This document shows, one piece after another, positions 23,010-32,301 of a stretch of 64,000 bases of DNA (position 1 is the stretch's first letter; every line of letters starts with the position of its first letter). Origin of the DNA: Naegleria gruberi (lineage: Eukaryota); assembly GCA_000004985.1 (NCBI GenBank), contig GG738888.1. One strand, given 5' to 3'. The notes under the pieces were generated by a model. It was not told the origin of the DNA, made no database searches, and was given only the letters and a program-made list of their open reading frames with translations. Made by a program: the position numbers and the translations under genes.

Positions 23010-24188
23010 ATGTCCAAGCAACTTATGAAGCCAATCACAGTTAAAGGTTACGCAGTAGCTGAACCAACAGAAACTCAAAAATTTCTCTTGAAACCAATTG
23101 AGCAACAAGTAAATAGCTTGGGTGAAAATGATATTTTTGTTGACATTATTGCCAGTAGTATCTGTTATGGAGGTAAGTGAATATGCAATCTTTCAATTTT
23201 TGGCAATGACTCTCGTATCAGATTTTCTAGCATTCCATCATGTTGGAAATATTCCTGGTCATGAAATTGTGGGAATTGTAAGACATGTTGGTGAGCGAGT
23301 TGAAAAGGATGGAAAGATAGCCGTGGGCATGAGAGTTGGCATGGGTTGGAATTATTCCTCTTGCTTAGAGTGTGGATCTTGCAAGCATCATTTTGAAAAT
23401 TTGTGTGATTCCTCCAAGCCATTCATGAATGCACCAATTGGTGGTGGTTTCCAGAATGGAGTCGTTTGGGATTCGAGATTTGTTTATCCAATTCCTGAGA
23501 AATTGAAGTCAGTTGATGCTGCTCCATTGTTTTGTGCAGGAGCTGCCGTTTTCTCGCCTTTAAAACTTTATCGTGAAAGCCCTTATTCTAAACCAAACGA
23601 ATTCAAAGTTGCTGTTCTTGGATTGGGTGGTTTAGGCCATTTAGCTCTTCAATTTGCTTCCAAAATGGGTTTCCATGTTACTGCTCTTTCCACAAGTGCT
23701 AACAAGGAAGAAGAATGTAGATTATTTGGAGCCAATGATTTTCATGTCCACACCAATGAAAATTCTGTAAAACAATTGAACAGCAATTTTGATTTGATTC
23801 TCAATTGTGTCAGCACCGACATTGATACTGACAAATTTGTGAAAATGTTGAAGCCATTCGGCAAGTTGGCAATAATTGGAGTTCGTAAGTTTTAACAATT
23901 TATTCCAATTATTCAAAATTGAAATTTCAAGCATCCTCTGGAAGTATCAAAGCAGGTGCTTTTGCCATGATTATGAAGAATCGTTCAATTGTTGGTTCTG
24001 GAGGTGCCTCCAACGATCAAATTAGAGAAATGTTGAATTTTGCTGCTGAGCACAATATCAAACCTCAAATTGAATTGAGTTCCTTGGAGAAAGTCAACGA
24101 AGCAATGGAGAAGGTTGTTAAAAATCAAGCACGTTACAGAATTGTTATGGTTGTAGATAAAGAAATAGTTGATAAGGAAAATCAATAA
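23010..24188 (+). CDS. Zinc-type alcohol dehydrogenase (MDR superfamily, cinnamyl-ADH/ADH6-like), 3 exons: 23010..23172, 23231..23884, 23932..24188 (358 aa)
   Basis: Exon 1 MSKQLMKPITVKGYAV...ICYG. Donor G|GTAAGT, acceptor TTTCTAG|. Exon 2 has PGHEIVG (catalytic Zn site GHE), structural-Zn cysteines CLECGSCKHHFENLC, and Rossmann LGLGGLGHLALQFA. Donor C|GTAAGT, acceptor TTTCAAG|. Exon 3 to stop at 24188. Exon sum 1074 nt. Confidence 0.75.
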
Positions 24189-24715
24189 TGCAATGATAAA
24201 GGACTTCTATGGATTTGAAATTAACAAAGAATAAAGTAAACTATTCCAAGTTAAACCGAATCAGCTTACTGTTTTCAATCCATTGTCCATTAATTCTGTC
24301 ACTGCAAACCTCAAGTGTCGGTCTTTTCACAAACTCCTCTTCACTGTCGCATTCAACTTTCGTCCACTTTCAAAAATCAATTTTTTAACGTCTCAAAAAA
24401 AAATCCTCCACTTCTAACCTCTCCCGCCAATTTTTACATTTTCAAAAAACGCTCATCAAATTTTTCCCTCCGAAATTTTTCAATTTTTTTCATCATTAAG
24501 AAATTTTCAATCAAACGACTTTCAATATAAAAATTTAAATATTTAATTGATAATAATTGATAAGATTGATAGTTAATATTCGATTTTATATTTCATTTTG
24601 GAAAGAAGGAAAGAAAATTTTAATATATAATATTTAAATATATTTAATAATAATAATACTCATAATAATATTATTGGAAATATACAAATAATAATAATAA
24701 TATATAAATAATAAT

Positions 24716-25654
24716 ATGGTTTGCCAGAAAAGCAATGGAGTTTCTCCTAAACTAGTTTCTCAAATAGAAGACAAGGTCGAACAATTGAGGGAAATTTACA
24801 AGAATCAACAATTCAAGACTGTGATCATGTCCAATCAGACGAATGCCATCTTTTATCATGATCCGAAAATATTACTCTCCAATAATGCGATTCCGAATAA
24901 TTCACCACTCACCATTTACAATAGTTCGAGCAATTCGAATAATAATAACAATACGATAACCTCATCAAATTCATCAGGAATTAACAATACAATAACCAGC
25001 AATAATACTACGAGTACTACTACTCAACCCATTACGATTATTACGACAGTGAGTCATTCGAATAATAATAATACAGCAACTTCTTCGCCGCCTACTTCAA
25101 TTACACCTCCTTTGAAAAATACTTTTAAGAATCAATCACCCAAAGAAATATCAGCAACTAATTTGACAGCTCAACTTGGAATGTCAGTTTCACAAATTTC
25201 TCAATCTCAATCACCACATTCTCCAACAACTCATTCACCAGTTTTTGAAAGTCAATCGATTGGATTTGTTGTTGGTTCTATTGAAGATCTTTCGCAACGT
25301 TTGAGACAATATTTGGAAAGTGTTGACAATTTTGTAAAATTATTTGCCGAAGACGAAACTCAGCAATTTATTAGTCAAGGAATTTATCATATACGTGGAT
25401 GTAGTGGATTAATGAATGGATCTTCGAGCTCGTCACTCAATTCCAATGCCAACCATAACAGTTCGACCTTAACTTGTAGTATTTTTGTAAAAACTGATAT
25501 CACTTGTGCAATTTTCACAGATGTTTATGAACAAGGAGCTTTGAGTATGTCAGAAGATATGGATAAGGAAATTCTGGACATTGTAGATCAATTACAATTG
25601 CTTTTGAAAGGAGCCATTGAAAAGGAAAAGCAAATGTTAAAAAATAAAAAATAG
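24716..25654 (+). CDS. N/S/T-rich low-complexity protein (312 aa), function unknown
   Basis: Long ORF with poly-N/S/T tracts (NSSSNSNNNNNTITSSNSS...) and a more structured C-terminal about 120 aa. Preceded by a pyrimidine-rich tract and a very AT-rich leader. Confidence 0.4.
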   Translation: MVCQKSNGVSPKLVSQIEDKVEQLREIYKNQQFKTVIMSNQTNAIFYHDPKILLSNNAIPNNSPLTIYNSSSNSNNNNNTITSSNSSGINNTITSNNTTSTTTQPITIITTVSHSNNNNTATSSPPTSITPPLKNTFKNQSPKEISATNLTAQLGMSVSQISQSQSPHSPTTHSPVFESQSIGFVVGSIEDLSQRLRQYLESVDNFVKLFAEDETQQFISQGIYHIRGCSGLMNGSSSSSLNSNANHNSSTLTCSIFVKTDITCAIFTDVYEQGALSMSEDMDKEILDIVDQLQLLLKGAIEKEKQMLKNKK

Positions 25655-25984
25655 TAAAATAACATAAACTCTTATTCGAATGTCTTGTTATTCGAATAAA
25701 AGGTTAAATAAGAAGAAGATGAGGAGGATTGTAAGATTGTGGAATGAGCTCTGATTGAATTTCATAAGATCCAAATTAAAAGTGAAATTTTACAAACTGT
25801 AGAGCCGTCAACAATCAGTGACATCAAAAATCACTACTTAAAAAAAATACAATTAACCATCAGCCCTTCTTTGATTGTTGAACAAGCGATATTGCAAATA
25901 ACAACATCAACAATCAAGAAAACAGCCTCTGAGATCCAAACATTCGTTTAATTTCCAATAACAACAAAAATCTAGACGAAAATA

Positions 25985-27064
25985 ATGGACGAAGAAAATA
26001 CACAACAACCAGCAACAACTTTCGGCAACACCCGAACCATTCACGATGAAACCAAGAAGCGTTGGTACGATCACATCCATTCCAATCATATTTGCTTTTC
26101 CTTCTTCATGTTAGCAACAGTTGCCCTGTTAGCAATTGTCATTGGTTATTTGGTTCCAGTTTGGATCTATGGACCAACTTCTACTCAGTGCACATTAATT
26201 ACCAAAGCAATGAATTCATCATTCATTGGTGAGGATTTGAAAGCAACTTATAGAAAGTTCAGAACTGAATTTAATGTGAAATATCAAGCGTATATTCCAC
26301 AACAAGGAAAAGATATGATAATTCAATCGACAATGTATGGACCAAGTGTTGAACGATGGGATAATCCTAGAGAGGCAGGTTATGTTCTGTCATATGCCAT
26401 TAGAAATGAATTTTATAATAATTATCAAGTTGGACAAGTTTTTGATTGTTTTTATTCAAGTTCAGATCCATATACAGTTGTTATTGAATATGATCCAAGA
26501 TATTATTCATTGATTGCATTACCAATTATTTCATTCTTGCTTGGTTTGTGGGTTTTGTGTTATCCACCAATTGAAAAGTATATTAGAGCTCAATTTGATC
26601 AACGCCAACAATTTAAGCAATATATGGAAATTTCACAAATGGAAGAAACATATGATAAGGAAATGGAAGCACGTGTTGCTTCTGATTTATTCTTTGATGA
26701 TACTGTTGGTGCTTATCGTAGAATTGGAACTGGTGAAATTGTTCAACCAAGTGCCGAAGGTGAAGATTTGGATGATGAATTTGAATTGATTGAGGAAGAA
26801 ATTGAAGTGATTGGTAAATTCTTTGGTAAAAGTGTTGAAGAACATGGTACATTTGTGCAAAAGCCAATTTCTGAACTCGATAGAAATGAAACTAGCAATA
26901 TCAAGATTGTTTCTCAATCTCAACAAGATGAAGAGGAGGATCCAACTCCAACACTTGAAATTAAACCAGCTGTCACCCAACCAACCATAACACCTCAATA
27001 TACTCTCCTCGTTTTGGATGATGATAGTGAAGATGAGGAAGATGATGACGATTATGATGATTAA
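25985..27064 (+). CDS. Hypothetical membrane protein (2 predicted TM helices) with acidic C-terminal tail (359 aa)
   Basis: Hydrophobic segments FSFFMLATVALLAIVIGYLVPVWIY and LIALPIISFLLGLWVLCYPPI. C-terminus is D/E-rich (DDDSEDEEDDDDYDD). No recognised catalytic motif. Confidence 0.4.
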   Translation: MDEENTQQPATTFGNTRTIHDETKKRWYDHIHSNHICFSFFMLATVALLAIVIGYLVPVWIYGPTSTQCTLITKAMNSSFIGEDLKATYRKFRTEFNVKYQAYIPQQGKDMIIQSTMYGPSVERWDNPREAGYVLSYAIRNEFYNNYQVGQVFDCFYSSSDPYTVVIEYDPRYYSLIALPIISFLLGLWVLCYPPIEKYIRAQFDQRQQFKQYMEISQMEETYDKEMEARVASDLFFDDTVGAYRRIGTGEIVQPSAEGEDLDDEFELIEEEIEVIGKFFGKSVEEHGTFVQKPISELDRNETSNIKIVSQSQQDEEEDPTPTLEIKPAVTQPTITPQYTLLVLDDDSEDEEDDDDYDD

Positions 27065-27108
27065 TTTGTGTGATAAAGTTTATTTTATAATTCATGTTGG
27101 TTAGCTCT

Positions 27109-30100
27109 TTATTCCTCATCCTCTTCAACCTCAACAGATTCTTCATCGCTATTGTATTCGATTTTACCATCCTTACCTTCCTTTCTGGAACTGTAATCAA
27201 CTAGAGAAGGTACACTGGCACGAGCATAGCCAAAATTAAATACTTGGAAGCTTCCAACACCATGCAACAACATTTGAGTTTTCTCACCAATATCACAACA
27301 AGTCCAACCTCTTTCCAATGCCGATTTGACAACTTTTGCTTTGGCCCTCTTCTTTTCATTCTTCTTTGCTGATTTGTTCTTGGTTCCAATATTTCTGATT
27401 TCAGTAAGTGTTTTCTTTCTCTCCTCATTGTTCGGTTCTTTCCAAAAGTCTTCCAGACCTATTGGATAAATTCCCTCCATAGATGGAATAAAATAAGTAT
27501 GAACTGAAGAAGTAATATACGAGACAAGGTGAGTAGGTTTGCTCAAATTATGAACTCTATTCTTGAGCTCTTGTTTTGTTTGATTATTCCATAAACTGAC
27601 ACGTCCAATATGTTTCTTATCGTTAAATTCTTCCTCAATCAATTCAATTAGAATTTCAGCAACCTTAATCTTGTGTGTGGTAGACAATTCTCGGAGTGTA
27701 CTAAGGAATTCCTGTGGATTTTTAGAAAGTGTAACTAAGGCAGTATCTTTCGACTCTTGGTTTGAGAAGGATGTAATAATATCTGTATACTTTTGTCTGC
27801 TCTTTTTTGGAAGATTTTCCACTAATATTCTTAACACCTGTAAAATGCCTAATTTGCCATCATCCACAGATTTTATATCTTCTTCATCCTCCTCTTGTTC
27901 TTTCATTATAGAAACAACTTCCTTTTTAGTGTTATCTGGTATCTCGTCAAATAAAATATGCTCCAAGCTTTCCCTTCTTTCATCTGCTTTTTGAGGGTTG
28001 AACAACTCATATTCCAATACTTTTTCCATATATATTAATGCTCTGAGCATTGCAGAGTCATGTGGAGAGTAGACCTTATGTTCATATGAATATTCATAAA
28101 ATTGTCTAATATCATCATGAACAATATGGATTGATTCAATGTGAAGATAATTTGCAACAGCTAATATTGAAGAATGTACAATTCCATACCCAAGGGCAAC
28201 ATCAGAGTCTAATATCAAAAAGAAATAATCAGAAGGATTACCTTCGTTTTCTTCAATAGATTTCTTGTATCTTGCAACATACTTGCTCTCTGTTACAATT
28301 ACGAACATGTGGTGGAGATTGTTTGTCTTGGCATATCTTCTATCTGATTCATATATTTGAAGTTTGTAATTCTTTCCTCTAGGTCTTGTCAAAATAAACA
28401 ATGGTTTCAAGCCATTACTATTCAACTTTCTGATTGGACTTGAAACCTCTTCAACTGTTTTTGTGTTATAAGAGAGCAATAATTGCTTACTCGTTCTGTC
28501 AAACTTCACTAACAACTCATTGGCTTCTCCTTCGTGATCAACTTTTTTGATTGCTATTTGTTCCCTATTACTTTTTTTCAAATCAAAATCCATCAACTTA
28601 TCATTTGGAGCACAGTAATGTTTTTCTGCAATATCTTTCACATCACTACTCTCAGACTTTGGCATTGACAATATCTCTACATATTTACAAGGTTGAGGAT
28701 ATTTAGAGTTCAATTCTGTTGGAACTTGTGCATACTTGGCTGATTTACGCTTGTATTTTTCAAACAGCAATTTTACATTGTTATCCATTCCAGAACTGAT
28801 TTCTTTTAGTGATTCCTTGATTGCTTCAAAGTATGTCCTAATGTGCTCATGAAAATTACATAGACCAGAGTGTATTGTTTCAAGAAAATCGTCCACTTTG
28901 CTGTTGTCATTAATATCCAGTATTTTTACCAACTCTTTTACAACATTCGTATCTAACATATCACTGTAAGAAACACAGGTACTAATAATTGACTGTTTGA
29001 AAGAATTAGCTGTATGAGTCAGGAAGAGAGTGAAACTTTCCACAGTTTCTAAAAAATTCTCCATAAAAGTATTGAAATGATTGGACCAGTCCACTTGTTT
29101 TTCCTCAGATTTTAATCTTCTTCTGTAACTAGCACCAAATTTTTGGAGTCTTGCTGATATATCCCTCTTGTCGAACAAAAGAGCTATTGGAGATTCATAG
29201 AATGATATCAAACTATTAATAAGAGATGAAAGATCTCCTCCATATAGATAGTCAGCATCTGGTGAATAGCTAATTGTCAATTCTAAATTTTCAGCAAACA
29301 TTTCACATAATTGCCTTCTTACTTTGTTGAATTGTTTACAGAACTGTGCTGGGGCCTGATTTTCTTTAGGAACCTTAATGTTGGATAAAATTACAACTGC
29401 CATATCTCTTATCATACTGGCATTATATTCAATGACTTTCTTTCTATTCTTTTCAATGATATATCTGAATTTTTCAATAAATGAATCAGTTTTAGCGTTC
29501 TGAGGAGGGAAAAATGTTACTCCAAAATTATCCTCCAATGATTTTACAAAATTGATTTTGTCATCAAATTCAACTGGTGTTGAGTTTACCACATCCCTTT
29601 CTGACAACACAACACCTTCCAACAATATATCATAATGTAGAGCTAGCTGTTTTCTAAAAGATTTTTTCATACCCTCAATAAGCTCATAGTTATCCAATAA
29701 ATCATAGTATGTAGACTCAACTATATTTGGATTGTTACAGAGAATGGCTATGGAAGGTCTTATTACCTGACTAGGTTGATGAATTCCATATTCCCAAGCT
29801 TTTCTTACAATACCATCATCTAAGATATTTCTGTTATTTTCAATGCCCGATACAATTATGCAAGTATCTAGGAAGCTTTCTCTAATAAATTGCTTGTATA
29901 GTTCTCCCTCTGTCAATTCATCATAACCTGGCATATCCCTTAGAATTACTCTACTCTCTTTAAGGAATGGGCTAGGAACTTTTAGTACAAGTTTCTTTAC
30001 AGTCAAAGAGTCAAAAGTTGTTTTCTCCTTCTCATATTTTTCAATCACTTGTCTTGCTCTTGCAAGAATGCAAGAAAGTCTTTCAGTATCAGTATTGCCA

Positions 30101-31257
30101 CTCAATATTATATTTGATTGAGAGTCAATTTCAATATTTTCCAATTGTTTCTCATAGCTTAACTTTTTTCCTTCATTTTTTACATTCTTTTCGCGTAAAT
30201 TATACTCTTGTACGGTACACATTTCCTTAGTGAGACTGTAAAATTCATCATACATGATATCAATAACTGTACTAGTGATACCCTTTCCAAGTAAATAAGT
30301 GCCTGATGGAAGAGGATAATTATCACATTGGAAACCTGAAACCAATCTATTAATCATATATGATTTACCATAACCTGGCTTTGCAAAAAAAGAAACAACC
30401 ACTCTTTCATCAATTTTCTTAAGTATTTCCTGAATTCTTTCAATGTGCTCAGAACACATATTAGTGATTGCATTCTTTTGTTTGCAGAAATTGTCAAAAT
30501 ACTTTTTCACCCTTTCATAATCCTCCCTTTCTTCCTTGATAAGATTTGCATTCGATTCAAGTATTTCATCAAGTGGAGATTTAACCAAAAAGTTCAAATT
30601 AGTAGTAGAAGCTTTTCTGTGTTGTGAAGAAAGAGTAGGAGAATGAGAGGAAGGAATTGGTAATTGTTCAAGTTGAGAACTGGCACTTACTGCAACTGTT
30701 GGAAGTGGTAATAATGTGCTAGCAGCTGTTGTTGCATTAGAGGATGATTCTCCAGTCATCACCACATCATTATCTTCATCATTTACGTGATGATCTTGTG
30801 GTGATGGCAATGGTTTTACAGGTTTTTCCTTCTTTCTCTTCTTACTGGCAGATGATGACTCGGAACCCTTCTTCTTTGATGAAGAAGCAGCATCACTCTT
30901 TCTCTTCTTATCTGCCTTCTTGGCAGATTCTAATTGGTTGAGGAAGGAATGTCTCATACTCGATGGACCAAACATGAGTAAATTATCAAGAGTAACCAAG
31001 GCTTGTTTTCTTCCCTTTCCTTCTCCATTGATGAAATTCTTGATTAATCGTAAGCCAATAACCAAGTGAAGGGTCGATGATACTTGACTGTTCTTATCCT
31101 GAATGCTCACACGGAAGGGAAGTAATATGAGAGAAACAAAGTTCTTTCCAGCAGCTTTTCCATAAGAATCGAGACGAATTAAATGTTGTTGACTACCTGC
31201 AATGTTGTTATAGCTTGTTTCAGAGTGCTTGTGGCTCTTCAAACCGAGATGATGCAA
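27109..31257 (-). CDS. Large (about 1382 aa) P-loop GTPase-like protein, possibly dynamin/large-GTPase-superfamily-like; 5' exon structure unresolved
   Basis: Long minus-strand ORF with N-terminal K/S-rich low complexity. P-loop-like FFAKPGYGKSYMINRL, later LLGKGITSTV (G2-like T), and LRDMPGYDEL (DxxG; compare dynamin DLPG). Acidic C-terminal tail. Track ORFs 31239..31598 and 31679..31861 (same strand) may be upstream exons; the 119-aa ORF overlaps the 1382-aa ORF start by 19 nt in another frame. Confidence 0.4.
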   Translation of the reverse strand: MHHLGLKSHKHSETSYNNIAGSQQHLIRLDSYGKAAGKNFVSLILLPFRVSIQDKNSQVSSTLHLVIGLRLIKNFINGEGKGRKQALVTLDNLLMFGPSSMRHSFLNQLESAKKADKKRKSDAASSSKKKGSESSSASKKRKKEKPVKPLPSPQDHHVNDEDNDVVMTGESSSNATTAASTLLPLPTVAVSASSQLEQLPIPSSHSPTLSSQHRKASTTNLNFLVKSPLDEILESNANLIKEEREDYERVKKYFDNFCKQKNAITNMCSEHIERIQEILKKIDERVVVSFFAKPGYGKSYMINRLVSGFQCDNYPLPSGTYLLGKGITSTVIDIMYDEFYSLTKEMCTVQEYNLREKNVKNEGKKLSYEKQLENIEIDSQSNIILSGNTDTERLSCILARARQVIEKYEKEKTTFDSLTVKKLVLKVPSPFLKESRVILRDMPGYDELTEGELYKQFIRESFLDTCIIVSGIENNRNILDDGIVRKAWEYGIHQPSQVIRPSIAILCNNPNIVESTYYDLLDNYELIEGMKKSFRKQLALHYDILLEGVVLSERDVVNSTPVEFDDKINFVKSLEDNFGVTFFPPQNAKTDSFIEKFRYIIEKNRKKVIEYNASMIRDMAVVILSNIKVPKENQAPAQFCKQFNKVRRQLCEMFAENLELTISYSPDADYLYGGDLSSLINSLISFYESPIALLFDKRDISARLQKFGASYRRRLKSEEKQVDWSNHFNTFMENFLETVESFTLFLTHTANSFKQSIISTCVSYSDMLDTNVVKELVKILDINDNSKVDDFLETIHSGLCNFHEHIRTYFEAIKESLKEISSGMDNNVKLLFEKYKRKSAKYAQVPTELNSKYPQPCKYVEILSMPKSESSDVKDIAEKHYCAPNDKLMDFDLKKSNREQIAIKKVDHEGEANELLVKFDRTSKQLLLSYNTKTVEEVSSPIRKLNSNGLKPLFILTRPRGKNYKLQIYESDRRYAKTNNLHHMFVIVTESKYVARYKKSIEENEGNPSDYFFLILDSDVALGYGIVHSSILAVANYLHIESIHIVHDDIRQFYEYSYEHKVYSPHDSAMLRALIYMEKVLEYELFNPQKADERRESLEHILFDEIPDNTKKEVVSIMKEQEEDEEDIKSVDDGKLGILQVLRILVENLPKKSRQKYTDIITSFSNQESKDTALVTLSKNPQEFLSTLRELSTTHKIKVAEILIELIEEEFNDKKHIGRVSLWNNQTKQELKNRVHNLSKPTHLVSYITSSVHTYFIPSMEGIYPIGLEDFWKEPNNEERKKTLTEIRNIGTKNKSAKKNEKKRAKAKVVKSALERGWTCCDIGEKTQMLLHGVGSFQVFNFGYARASVPSLVDYSSRKEGKDGKIEYNSDEESVEVEEDEE

Positions 31258-32301
31258 TTGCTGATTGGTTTCGTGGTAGTTGATGTTGTTTTACCAAGAG
31301 AAGAAAAATCAAAATTTAATTCTCTTTGAATAATTTCTTCATCTGTCTTTGCAGTGGTGGATGTTCTTTCAACGTAACAACAGATAAAATCCTCTTCTAA
31401 TTCGGTGGATAATATTGTTATTGGTGTAGTGTTGCTTGTTGGATGGAAAATAACGTGAAGATCGGCGTATCTTGGATCATGATTTTTGTTTGCTTGGATT
31501 GTGAGTTGGAGAGAAGGTGAGTTGTTAACGTTGATAGAAAAGTTTGCCTTGACACGATTTATGGTGGGCTCACTTTCCGTTGATGATGTACTCAACATTT
31601 TTTTGTGGGTTGAAAAATATTAAACCTGTCATCACAACATTATTCAACAAACAAAGTTTTATTATTGCCTCGCAAAAATTAAAGATCGTAGTTGTATTCG
31701 TGTTGTGTGGATGCAAAGTATTTATCAAGGTCAAAAGGTAATGTTTGAGGGTGTTCCGGTTCATTAGAAGCAACAGGAAGTAAGATGTAAGACAGGAGGT
31801 CCTCTTCGAGTGTAGAAGCTTCAACGGGCAAGGTAGAGAGTAAGTACTCTGAGGAAGACATTTGAAATTCTATGATTTTTTTTAATTTTGTGAGCGAATA
31901 ATAATAGCGGGAAAGCTACGCTCATAAAAATGAAGGAGGTTTTTATCTAAAAACACAAACGACTCACAAAAAGTATATTTCGACTGTCATTTTATCCTAT
32001 TATTATGATCACCCCACCAAAACAGTCTGCATTACCAAAACAATTTAACAAAACTAAAATTTCAAAGAGAAAAAATTAAAGACAATTCAAACAGCGAAAC
32101 ATCCCCAGAGAATTGCTGTAGTTTTCTCTACATCATTTTGTTCCATTACACATAAACGCAGCGATTACGAGTTTTTGTTATCCTAGGATATTAGCCTTCT
32201 TTTTCATCATCACATTACTAATTTTATTTATTATTTAAATCAACAACAATTAAAACAACAACAAAACTCGAATACATATTCAAAATATATAGAAAACTAC
32301 T

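Noticed and set aside
22791-23108. 105-aa minus-strand ORF upstream of the ADH gene
   Set aside because: It overlaps ADH exon 1 and its promoter on the opposite strand and has no motif support. The ADH exon 1 reading (MSKQLMKPITVKGYAV…ICYG) accounts for the sequence.
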